A stretch of DNA of 64,000 nucleotides from Octopus bimaculoides. Its lineage: Eukaryota. Under the pieces are notes generated by a model. The model had not been told where the DNA came from and ran no database searches. It saw nothing but the letters and a program-made list of their open reading frames with translations. Below are positions 39,969 to 51,671 of this stretch, piece after piece (position 1 is the stretch's first letter; each line of letters opens with the position of its first letter). The DNA lies in NCBI RefSeq assembly GCF_001194135.2, contig NC_068990.1, positions 86,600,595 to 86,664,594 of the forward strand, read 5' to 3'. The position numbers and the translations under genes were made by a program.

Positions 39969-40632
39969 GTGAAAACAAGTGGAAGTGTAGTTATATAAAT
40001 GGCTGCCTGGTTAAGACGTGCTTCACAAGTGCTTCGTTTTGCGTTTAATCCCACCGGGTGAAATTTAGGCCTGTACTTTCTAGCGTAGAATTTATTTATA
40101 TTAGCTTTCTGAGTAAAATTGGTTGACAAAAACAGAACAGCGATAAAACCCTGTTGATTGGTCCTATGACTTGCCCGTTTTAACACCAACATCTGGCCCT
40201 TACGTGCCTTTAGGGGAACCTACTCTGCTAAATTCAGCGGAATATGTCCCTGTTTTGAGGATATCTTATGTTCTATATTTCTGGAAAGCCCTGAATATAG
40301 GGATGTGAGCTACGCTTCTACCTGTGACTCAATGCTAGGAACCATTTTATCTTGCGCTTTAATGTACGCGATTAATGTTCGATTTTCGACAATTACTAGT
40401 CAATATTTCTGCAATTATTTTTTGGGGAAAAGCTTCCACATTAAAATGTTTTCTGCTATCTTTTGGAACAACATGCAAGAATGAGAAAATGCTTATTCCC
40501 TACCTCACCATTTAGTGGGTACTTGACTTAACTCATATGGATGTGTTCCTCTGACCAGTAAATACCAAATAATTGTTATATTTATTGTAGTGAATGTGTG
40601 AAATTCAGTAGGCATTTCTCTCCACTTTGCAG

Positions 40633-40711
40633 ATCGTATTTGAAGTTTTGTTTTGAAGTCAATACTCCTTTCATACATCGAATTCTAGGTTACAGAAGTT
40701 CCGTCTCCATG
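40633..40711 (+). CDS. Candidate coding exon, product unknown
   Basis: Strong acceptor TTTCTCTCCACTTTGCAG. Only the phase-2 frame is open (SYLKFCFEVNTPFIHRILGYRSSVSM). Donor ATG|GTATGC. Confidence 0.22.
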
Positions 40712-41304
40712 GTATGCTTTTGCCGCTGGCTGCATCGATATTCGCTGTTCAGAGCCGTCTGGTTGCATAACAATTGTACAGAAGCCCACCCGAAATTGTC
40801 AATGCTATAAGTTTACTGGTATCAGAAAGCCTGAAATATTCTTGGGAGCAGCTCTTCCCATGTATAAACCACAAAAAACAAAACAAAAGAAAAAAGCTCA
40901 TTTACGCTTGCTTCGATGAAAAGACAAACGTCACCGGCGTTGACACGATTTACCAGTTTACAAATGAAGAGAAAATTACTTTGCATAGTTTGTGAAATAA
41001 GTTGCAATAACAGATTCTCGAGACTGATTATTTTCTCTCTTTAATTTATGATGAGGTATTATCTCGAAGTGTTAATAGGAGAATTAAATAAACTATGTAA
41101 AGTAATTCAATATCTTTATTTCTGTCTTCCATTCATTGGCTTCAGCTTGTTTAATTTGCTCTTCTGTAGTTTCCCAAATATGCACATGTAACAGTATAAC
41201 ATTCCATTCGCTCTTTCTTACCATCATTCTATTTCCTCTCAATTTTGCATTTGTTTCTGTTTTGAACGCACATACACATAATAGTAAAAAGAAAACGGAT
41301 CCTC

Positions 41305-41897
41305 TGAGGGAAGTGAGGTTAGTAAATTGACTGGTATTTTGTTTTACCGACCTCAAAAGCATAAAAGACAGACGCGACCTCTGTGGGATTTGAACTCAGA
41401 ATGTACAGAAACGGAGAAAATTCTTTAAAGCGTTTCTCCCAGTGCTTTTAGATTCTGTCTCTTCGCCAATTCGATAATTGTTTCAAATTGTGACATAAAT
41501 CTAACAATTTTAGGGGAAAGGCGCTTATCGATTACATCTACCCCACTGCTTCACTGGTACTTTATTTCATCGACCTCGAAAGGATGAAAGTAGTGTTGAT
41601 ATTGGCGGCATTTGAACTCAGGAAATAAAGAGCCGGAATAAATACCGCAAAACACTACTTCCGCAACTTTAACGATTCTATCAGCTCGCTGCCTTGATAA
41701 TTTTGGCACAAGGCCAGCAATTTTAGTTGATTATATCGACTCCAATACTTGCTCAATACCTTGTTTTACCGACCACGAAACGACGAAATACAAAGTAGAC
41801 CCCAGTGGGATTTGAGTCAGTATGTAAAGGCCAGGAGGAAATATCACGAAGCCTTTTTTCTTCTGACGCTCGAACGATTCTGCCAACCCGCCTCCTT
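41305..41897 (-). mobile_element. Three tandem SINE family C copies (about 41305-41468, 41478-41695, 41696-41897)
   Basis: Three successive ATTTGA(A/G)TCAG/ATTTGAACTCAG cores, each with a GATTCT..CAGCTCGC-like head, all on the minus strand. Confidence 0.75.
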
Positions 41898-42340
41898 GAT
41901 GATAATAATAATAAACTCGAGCTATCGAATAATCTCCGCTGCTGGAATAGGTCAAGCATAATTATTTAGTTATCCAAATTTCTATTCTGAATTTCAGACA
42001 TCGCTTAATTGGTTGCTGTTAGTGGAAATCTACTCAAACGATCAGTCATACACAAACCCACGCTCCAATGAGATTTTATTCCAATAATCAATAGATTCCT
42101 ATGGATTTCAATATACGGTAATCTGAAAGTTTCCAGTAATTCCATTCTTACTAACACCATCAAAGTCATTATCATCTTCCTCATCACCATTCATTACTAT
42201 CATCATCATGGCCGTTCCATCACTATCGTTATCATGATCACTATCGTCGTCGTGTTCAGCAGCCTCCTCTTCCTCCTCTTTCTCCTCGTTGTTGTTCTTC
42301 TCCTTATCATTATCATAGTCGTAATCTTATGATGATGATG

Positions 42341-42386
<46 letters not shown>

Positions 42387-42390
42387 TAAT

Positions 42391-42602
42391 GGTTTCAAAT
42401 TTTGCCACAAGTGCAGTCAGTTTGCGAGGAGGAGGTGAGTCGATTACATCGACTCCACTCTTCAACTCGTACTTGATTTATCGACCCCGAAAGGATGAAA
42501 GGCAAAGTCGACCTCAGAGGAATTTGAACTCAGAACGTAGCGACGGGCGAAATACCGCTAAACATTTCGTCCAGCGCGCTAACGATCCTGCCAGCTCGCC
42601 GC
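42391..42602 (-). mobile_element. SINE family C, full length, between two (TAA)n arrays
   Basis: CGACCCCGAAAGGATGAAAGGCAAAGTCGACCTC..ATTTGAACTCAGAACG..CTAACGATCCTGCCAGCTCGCC. Confidence 0.9.
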
Positions 42603-42671
<69 letters not shown>

Positions 42672-42675
<4 letters not shown>

Positions 42676-42858
42676 CCAGGACTTACAAATATATATAACA
42701 TACAGAAAATTGCACTACTGGGTACTGCACACATTCTACGCAAAACACTNNNNNNNNNNNNNNNNNNNNNNNNNNNNNNNNNNNNNNNNNNNNNNNNNNN
42801 NNNNNNNNNNNNNNNNNNNNNNNNNNNNNNAAATCACGTTATAAAAATAAAACTACTG
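42672..42858 (+). mobile_element. R4/Dong-type 3' end, heavily 5'-truncated, spanning a gap
   Basis: TPGLTNIYNIQKIALLGTAHILRKT, then a gap, then AAAACTACTGAA + TAA tail. Same family as 43809-44145. Confidence 0.8.
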
Positions 42859-43004
42859 AACAATAATGATAATGATAATGAGAGGAAGAAGAAGAGGGAG
42901 AAGAAGAAGAAGAAGAAGAAGAAGGAGAAGAAGAAGAAGAAGAAGAAGAAGAAGAAGAAGAAGAAGAAGAAGAAGAAGAAGAAGAAGAAATATTAAGAAC
43001 TAAT

Positions 43005-43700
43005 TGGATACAAGATCAATCATTAAGGACTAATTGGATCTTAGTCAAGCTAGACAGAAACCAAGTAGATTCCCAATGCAGATTATGTAGATTATGCAAA
43101 TCAAAAAGAGAAAAGCGTTACTCATTTAGTAAATGATTGTTGTATGGTAGCACAGAAAGAATAAAGGAAAATATATGACAACCTAGGGAGAGTAATCCAT
43201 TAAGAGCTATGTAGAAAGCTAGGATTTGAACACACTGATAAATGGTAGGAACATGAACCGAGTAAAGTACTAGAAAGTAAGAAATATAAAATGTACAGGG
43301 GCTTTAACGTTCAGACTGACAGAGTAATAGACGGTAGAAACTTGATTTAGTAGTAGTAGATGAAGAGAACAGTAAGTGCCAGGTAATTGACTTTACAGTC
43401 CCAAATGATGAAAAAATTAATATGAGAAGTATAGAGAAAATAGCAAAGTACTAGCACTTAGCAATTGAATTATAGAGACTACGGAAAGAGTGGGTAAAAT
43501 GTATCGCAGTAGTTATAGGTGCACTGGGAAATATCATTAAAGATCTGAGCAGATGGATAGAGGAAGTAAGCATAAAATCCAGATTCGTACAGCTTCAGAA
43601 ACCAGTGTTATTAGGGACATGTAGGATACTTAGGAAGGTTTTTGGCATCTAAGGTTACATGTTGTAGCCCGATGTTAGGATCTTTTCTTTTCCCACAGTC
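43005..43700 (+). mobile_element. R4/Dong-type knuckle + RLE + 3' UTR fragment (different subfamily), decayed
   Basis: QDQSLRTNW..QCRLC..SVTHLVNDC..HEPSKVLES..VQTDRVI..DLVVVDEENSKCQVIDFTVPND..EKIAKY..VVIGALG..QKPVLLGTCRILRKVFGI*. Confidence 0.88.
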
Positions 43701-43732
43701 TTATGTGTTGTGTATATATGAAAATAATAATG

Positions 43733-43772
<40 letters not shown>

Positions 43773-43808
43773 TAATAATAATAATAATGATAATAATAAT
43801 AATAATAA

Positions 43809-44145
43809 CAGAAACAATTCCTATCATAGTAAGTGCCTTAGGTATAAAAAAAGAAAATATTCAGACAAATACAAAACAAAAACACCAGGACTTACAAATA
43901 TATATACAACATACAGAAAATTGCACNNNNNNNNNNNNNNNNNNNNNNNNNNNNNNNNNNNNNNNNNNNNNNNNNNNNNNNNNNNNNNNNNNNNNNNNNN
44001 NNNNNNNNNNNNNNNNNNNNNNNNNNNNNNNNNNNNNNNNNNNNNNNNNNNNNNNNNNNNNNNNNNNNNNNNNNNNNNNNNNNNNNNNNNNNNNNNNNNN
44101 NNNNNNNNNNNNNNNNNNNNNNNNNNNNNNNNNNNAAAACTACTC
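43809..44145 (+). mobile_element. R4/Dong-type 3' end, 5'-truncated, spanning a gap
   Basis: ETIPIIVSALGIKK..TPGLTNIY..IQKI, gap, AAAACTACTCAA + long TAA tail. Confidence 0.8.
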
Positions 44146-44219
<74 letters not shown>

Positions 44220-44221
44220 TG

Positions 44222-44288
<67 letters not shown>

Positions 44289-44305
44289 CAGCAACAACAA
44301 TAATC

Positions 44306-44659
44306 ATGTCTACTAAAAGCAAAAGCCTGAAATTTGTGGTCAGGGATTTAGTCGATTATATCGACCCCAGTATTTCACTGGTACTTTATCGACCTTGAAA
44401 GGATGAAAGGTAAAGTCGACCTCGGCGGAATTTGGTCTCAGAAAGTAGTAGCGACGGCCGAAATACAGCTGAGCATGTTGTCCAGCGTGCTACCGATTCT
44501 ACCAGCTCGCCGCCTTATATAATAATCCTTTCTGCACAGGGCCTGGGTTTTTGTGGGGAGGGAGACAATCATTCACATCGAGTATTGAACTGGTACTTAA
44601 TTTATCGACCCCGAAATGATGAAAGGCAAAGTCGACCTCGGCGGAATTTAAACTCAGAC
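44306..44659 (-). mobile_element. Two tandem SINE family C copies (44306-44515, 44522-44659)
   Basis: Two GGATGAAAGG.AAAGTCGACCTCGGCGGAATTT cores. Confidence 0.85.
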
Positions 44660-44669
44660 CAGAGTGACC

Positions 44670-44703
44670 ATTACCACCAGCACCACCACCAGCACCACCA
44701 CCG

Positions 44704-44744
<41 letters not shown>

Positions 44745-44817
44745 GTCATCGTCACCATCATCGTCATCGTCATCATCCTCATCATCATCATCATCATCAT
44801 TATCATCATCATCGTCG

Positions 44818-44856
<39 letters not shown>

Positions 44857-44999
44857 ATGTTATCGTTGTCCATAATCATTACCGCCATCTTCGTCCCCAT
44901 CGTCGTTGTCTTCAGAATCATCGCCGCCATCGGATTCATCACAAATAACTTCATTGTAGTGATCCTGATTTTGATAGTGATGACAACGATGATGATGAC

Positions 45000-45030
<31 letters not shown>

Positions 45031-45790
45031 NNNNNNNNNNNNNNNNNNNNNNNNNNNNNNNNNNNNNNNNNNNNNNNNNNNNNNNNNNNNNNNNNNNNNN
45101 NNNNNNNNNNNNNNNNNNNNNNNNNNNNNNNNNNNNNNNNNNNNNNNNNNNNNNNNNNNNNNNNNNNNNNNNNNNNNNNNNNNNNNNNNNNNNNNNNNNN
45201 NNNNNNNNNNNNNNNNNNNNNNNNNNNNNNNNNNNNNNNNNNNNNNNNNNNNNNNNNNNNNNNNNNNNNNNNNNNNNNNNNNNNNNNNNNNNNNNNNNNN
45301 NNNNNNNNNNNNNNNNNNNNNNNNNNNNNNNNNNNNNNNNNNNNNNNNNNNNNNNNNNNNNNNNNNNNNNNNNNNNNNNNNNNNNNNNNNNNNNNNNNNN
45401 NNNNNNNNNNNNNNNNNNNNNNNNNNNNNNNNNNNNNNNNNNNNNNNNNNNNNNNNNNNNNNNNNNNNNNNNNNNNNNNNNNNNNNNNNNNNNNNNNNNN
45501 NNNNNNNNNNNNNNNNNNNNNNNNNNNNNNNNNNNNNNNNNNNNNNNNNNNNNNNNNNNNNNNNNNNNNNNNNNNNNNNNNNNNNNNNNNNNNNNNNNNN
45601 NNNNNNNNNNNNNNNNNNNNNNNNNNNNNNNNNNNNNNNNNNNNNNNNNNNNNATGATGATGATGATGATGACGATGATGATGACGATGATGATGATGGT
45701 GACGGTGATAATGAAGATGGTGACGAAGGTAATGATGATGATGATGGCAATGCTAATATGGCAGCGGTGACCACGACGACGATGCTGGTG
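44670..45790. repeat. Compound CAC/CAT then GAT/GGT trinucleotide arrays with a gap
   Basis: Direct reading; source of the poly-His, poly-Asp and poly-Met artefact ORFs. Confidence 0.9.
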
Positions 45791-46316
45791 ACGAAGTTAA
45801 TGATTACGACTGTCGTGGTTTTCTTCAATGTTGGTTTACTTCTCGGGTGCAAGCTTTCAACTGAATCACCGCAAACGACTTCCAAGCAACAATAAGCGAA
45901 AAAAAAACAACTATTGAATAATTATTTGGTTTTTCTCGTAAAAGTAAATTTCTCTTCTCCATTTCTTAAGGCAACTGGAAACTAAAATTGAACGCCTGAC
46001 ATATGACTCCTTGTTTTTTTCTAAATAGACTGATATCTTCCTTTATACTCGTCATTTACATTAGCTTATTTATTATATAAGCTGAGCGATTTCGAAAAAG
46101 TTAAACTTAAAAGAAAATACAACGGTTAAAAGTTTTGCCAGCAGCGTACAAATGTACCATTACTGGTTTAATCATGTATAATATAATTAGTTCTATAGGT
46201 AAAATTTAGTACGTTAATTATGTTACCTCACCGTCCTTAAGGCCTAAAGCCTCCTTCGACATGTCCAGTGCCGCTCGGCTGGTGAATTGTTAGTAAAATC
46301 GGTCTTACATTACCGC

Positions 46317-46354
46317 ATTCCTTCTTGAATGCTATATGCTGTATATGTTATATG

Positions 46355-46388
<34 letters not shown>

Positions 46389-46406
46389 CATATAGCATTC
46401 AAGAAA

Positions 46407-46441
<35 letters not shown>

Positions 46442-46570
46442 AAGTTTCAAATTTATACATTTAAAAAAGAGAGATTTAACACCGGAGTTTAAATATCCAC
46501 GTCTTCATTCAATGTAAACATTTCTCGGTGTCAAATCTCTCTTTTTTAAATGTATAAATTTGAAACTTTG
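46317..46570. repeat. Two adjacent inverted repeats around (TA)n arrays
   Basis: 46317-46340 vs 46387-46410 match at 23/24. 46440-46484 vs 46526-46570 match at 44/45. Confidence 0.92.
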
Positions 46571-47689
46571 GATATATAAACAAGGAGAACGATCCTTAAG
46601 GAATCTAATTAATGATTCTTTGAGGTGAAATCTTATGCTATATTGGTAACGATTGCAGAGTTTACTTTGAAAAATTATATATATATATATGTATATATAT
46701 GTATATATGTATATATAGTCTCTTAATGCTCTAAAACGAGCGCAATATATATATACACTGACAGGGGAGATAACATTTAGTGACTGTAACATACTAAAAA
46801 ACACTCTGCCGATCAATCGCACTAACGATTTCTATAATTATAATACTGCGGAAACAAAGTTTCATCCTCATGTCTATTATTGGTAAACTGCTTGCCATGA
46901 TATTATTTACACAAGTCATACACTTTTCATCCCGATAAGATTCATCGATAAAAACAAATTCAGGAAGAACACGGGTCCTGAAATGCCAGTTCTTTTATTT
47001 CTAATTCCAGTTGTGAAATATTCAGACAATGCAAGGTATTGCTTCAGATATCTATAGCAACCACTCCTCGCTTTCTTGGTGCCAAACCTTGATATGTCAA
47101 ATCTCTGTTTGCGCTGATTGCTAGGTTTTAAGTATTTTGTAATGAGAAAGTTGATGTATTTGTGGCGTTCATTCTCTTTTGAACGACGTCGTGTATATCG
47201 TCAAACGACGAAAACATCTGTGCGAAAACCAATAGACAGGTTTTTATTTTATTAAAAATCTATTCTGGTATTTGATCCGCTCAAGCTGCACCGATAATTT
47301 GTTTTCAATCTTGCAATGTTAAAATACAATACTAAGGTGTTGTACCATTGGAAACCTGCGACTAACCCAGGTATTATAATTAAATGTGATGCAAAATTTA
47401 AAAACCAAATAAATCTCAGAAAAGCTCTGTTCCCAAGAATTGGCATTCGCGATATTCACTAGAGTGCCATGTTTGACTGTTTAACATTTATCTGAGTTAG
47501 ATGTTTATTTTGAATTGATCTTTACAAAGTGAAATGATGTTTATCTTTAAGAAAAAAGAAATCATTGTATTAAACCTCCCTTTCAACCACATCCTGTACG
47601 TGATGATAGCTGTAAAAAGACCACGGATCTCGGCCTTATAAGAAGAAAAGAAAAGAACGCCGGAAAATATGGTCGTATATAGGCGCAGA

Positions 47690-47887
47690 CAGGGATGTAT
47701 GATAGGAAGTTTACTTGTGAACCACATGGCACCGTGTTCAGTTCTACTGCGAAGCACACTGTTTAAGTGTCTTCTATAGCCTCTGGCCGACCAAAGTCTT
47801 GTGAGTGGTTTTAGCAGTAGGAATCTGAAGGAAGCTATATATATCTGACATATTTATCTAATAGGAAACTGAAAGAAGTGATACACA

Positions 47888-47940
<53 letters not shown>

Positions 47941-48162
47941 ACACATACATATATTTGTGTGTGTTTGTGTTTGTCTTACAACACTGCTTGACAACCGCTC
48001 TTGCTATGTGCAGTCCCCGTAGCTTAACGGCTCGTCAAAAGAAACGGATAGAATAAGTGCCTTGTTTAAAAAAGTGTGTACTGGCGTTGATGAGTTTGAC
48101 TCAAATCTTTCAAGCTAGTGCCCCAGCATGGCCGCAATGCCTGAAACAAAGTAATCAAAAGA
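47690..48162 (+). mobile_element. SINE family A, old, full length with internal (CA)n
   Basis: AACCACATGG..GTTCAGTTCTACTGCG..GGCCGACCAAAGTCTTGTGAGTGG..CCCCAGCATGGCCGCA..CTGAAACAAAGTA. Confidence 0.75.
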
Positions 48163-48321
48163 TAAATGAATTAACGAAAAAGGTTGAAAATAACGAAATG
48201 ACAGAAGGAGAAATAATGGATCTAAGTTTAACTTGGCTTTTATTTACTTGGGGCAAAAACAAAAAAAAACAAAAAAAAAAAACGAACGATGAGAGCACGA
48301 ATAACATCAAAAAGCTTACGC

Positions 48322-48506
48322 ATAGAGGAGACAAACAAGCAAAGACAAACGGATTAAGTCGATTATATCGGCCCCAGTACGTAACTGGTACTTATTCAAT
48401 CGATCCCGAAAGGATGAAAGGCAAAGTCGACCTCGGCAGAATTTGAACTCAGAACGTTAAAGACAGACGAATTACCGCTAACGTTTCTGCTAGCAGCTCG
48501 CCACCT
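48322..48506 (-). mobile_element. SINE family C variant (alternative 3' tail as at 13905)
   Basis: GAGGAGACAAACAAG..GACAAACGGATTAAGTCGAT + standard core. Confidence 0.85.
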
Positions 48507-49438
48507 TTAACACTCGGTTATATTACGTCCATACATACTGTAGCAGTTATTTTGTCACCTCATGTATTACATCTAGTTCAGCTTTTAACATATGTACTTG
48601 GTAACTTACTTTGTGAGGTAATGTCGTCTTCAGAAGTTAATTTCACATAATTCTTCAGAGCTTTACCAATCTTCAAACTCGCTTCCTAATCTGTTATTTA
48701 CTTGTTATCGATCGAACATTGCGTCTCAATTTTCTAGTTTCTTTTACTTTGGCTTTTTGTTTTTTCTTTTTCCTCTGAAATTCTTTTTCATGCTACAAAT
48801 TTTCCATTTCGGATTTCTAATGCTTCTACTAAAATAACTAGGTATGTTGAGTCATGGCTATAGTAAAATATTTATTTTTTCCTCTCTCTCCATATTTTTG
48901 CTTTCTTATCATACATCTTAGCAAATCATTCCTATTTCATGATGTAAAATTCTTACGCAAATATTATTGTTAAAATGCATATTATTAAAGAACTTATTAT
49001 ATCGCAGGAAATAATTAGCCAAAAAGTTATTTCTTGACATGATATGATTATAAAAGGGTTTTTACATGGTATGACATATCTAAAGGTTATTTTGCAAAAT
49101 AGGAAATGGTTACAAACATTCCTTATGGATATGAAATGATTTTAGTAAGGAACAGAAAATGCAATTTACTTGTTTTTATTTTTTGGCGGGTTGTTGATGG
49201 AGGGAATCAGAGTTGGCAATCCTGACAGCTTTTTATTCTAGCATTTAATTTTCTCAGCTTATTAATTAATAATGTTATTTTACTAATAAGACATAAATTA
49301 GTCTCTTTGGAGAGAAATTTTGATTAAGTTTCCATTTTATTTTTCTATTTTTTGTTAACTTTGGCATCATATCAGTTTTCTGTTTCATTTTAATTAATAA
49401 CATTATTTCATAACACACACACACACACGCACACACAC

Positions 49439-49520
<82 letters not shown>

Positions 49521-50732
49521 ATATATGTATGTGTGTGATTTTCATTATTTTTTAATTTGAAATTGATAAAACATTTTTTAATAGGTGGAAATTTATGTGG
49601 AAGAATCTTCGAAGAAATAGGAAAGAAAAGTACGTCCAAATAAAACTGAGAATTGAGAATGGATTTAACTACAATAAAAAAACTTAATTTCTTTTCCATA
49701 AATTCGATTTCAAATCCGAATTTCATGGTTAACTGAATTGCAATTTAACGTGGAGTTCAATTACAGCTTAAAACAATTTTGTCTTTCGTTTTCTCTGTCT
49801 TAGCATTCGAAACGACAGAGAAAAACAGCTAAAAGTATATAGTTCGACTCATTGACATCCAAACCTAATTCTTATGTTTGTTCACTTTAGAATTTATTCC
49901 TTCGTGCCAATAAGATAAAGTACTAAACAATTACGTTGATTATTGTCAAGATTGAAACAAATATAAATGATAACTTTTCCGATTTTTATCCTCATTTGGA
50001 ACATCTTAACCCGCAAGTTCAATCCCGACGAAGCCGAATTTATCTTCTATAAATCTGTGGTTGCAAAAGTATCAGTCAAATAAAACCGTGATGATAGAGA
50101 GCTTCTTACAATACGGAAAGGAAAAAAATTAATAACCTTCATGTTTTTCAGGCACGAAAGTCCATTTTCAGAAGTAAACGGTCAAGAAATGTGAGTGTAT
50201 ATAGTAGCGTTCGGAAACGATCAACATGGCCGGTACTGACCTTTCTTGTCTCTTTACTTTTGATGACCATCGGTATTTGTACTTGAAATGTATAAATGTT
50301 ATTAAACGTTTTCGTTTTCGTATTGTAAGAAGCTTTCCGTGTTCACTATATTGTTAATTTACTACTTCATCACAATGCTTCAAGCAAGATACAACGTTCT
50401 TCTTTCGAGTGCCAATCAAACACTTGGGTCAAATTTAAGCGATGCTTTCGTCACTGAAATATATGGTCCGTTGTCAGAAATAGTAACAATTATATCATGG
50501 TGGTGGATGGACGGAATTATTGGACAAAATGCCTTCTCGAACATCTTCCGACTCTTTACATTCCGAGTTGTAATACCATCGAAGTCATCGAAGCCATGGC
50601 AATCCAGTCTTTCAGTGACACATCCTATATATATATATACATATGTAAAATTAAAATATACAACAGTTTGCAATGTTTTACTAGAAAGGAAAACTATAAT
50701 TGTCACTAAATGCGACTAGCGTGTTAGAAACA

Positions 50733-50776
<44 letters not shown>

Positions 50777-51310
50777 CACTATGAGGATATATAAACCTCT
50801 TATAGGGATGGTGGCATCCGCGTTACACTGGTTTAATACATTATATTGTGAAGAGATATTTCTTCAATAAATATATTATAAATTTCAAATATTATGAAGT
50901 AAGAAAATGGAGAGATTTAATGGATATAAATTAATTTATTAATTAATTAAAATTGCGTGCAATTGTTTCAATTCACACTCAGTCTGTTGCAGTATCTAAA
51001 CCGATCAACATGTAACTTCCTTAATGTCCTTTCGACCTAATGATATTTCGCTCAAAATGATCACAATGCAAATTTATTTTATTATATTTGTTTTGTAATT
51101 TGTATTGAGTGTGAACTGAAAGAATTGTAAGCAATGTTAATTAATGTTAATTAATCAATAAATTAATTCATATTAATTGGATGTCTCCATTTTCCTATAG
51201 AGATTTATTATTGCTTGTTTCTCCTTTTTCGAGATCAGTGACTTTTCGCCATTGCAAAAAGTATATGTATTTGCATTGAGAATCCCTTCCCATCTCCAGC
51301 CCGTGGTTGC

Positions 51311-51355
51311 CACACGCTGATGACGGGTCAATACCCAGAAACTCGGGTCCGTTGT
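51311..51355 (+). ncRNA. Type I hammerhead ribozyme (conserved core present)
   Basis: CACACG-CTGATGA-C-GGGT(CAAT)ACCC-A-GAAA-CTCGG-GTC|CGTTGT. CUGAUGA at 51317-51323, GAAA at 51338-51341, GUC at 51347-51349. Stems I, II and III can all form; the base of stem II is a C-A mismatch. Confidence 0.75.
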
Positions 51356-51671
51356 TATCATGTCAGGCTGGAGGTGGGAACGATGACTTCTCTTTGCAAA
51401 TACTGACATGGCACAGAGAGTGAGTCAATAGCCAGCTGGAGGAGATATCTTTCTGGGGCTATAAGCTACAGTGGTATCGTCCCTAATGGGTCAGCCACTT
51501 TTAGATGGCAAATATGCATCACGATGTCGTGCTGCTACTGTTTATATATATATATATATACATCCATATATATATATATATATATACATCCATATATATA
51601 TATATATATGTATATATAACATCCAAATATATATCGAACGATGAAAGTGAGTGCTCAACACCATTGGTTGA

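Noticed and set aside
44432-44954. Poly-His / poly-Asp / poly-Met ORFs
   Set aside because: They are made from a SINE core plus (CAT)n repeats, are open in several frames on both strands, and have no domain.
50416-50620. Integrase-like SDNGP motif on the minus strand
   Set aside because: No other integrase motifs (HHCC, first D, E) and no LTRs nearby.
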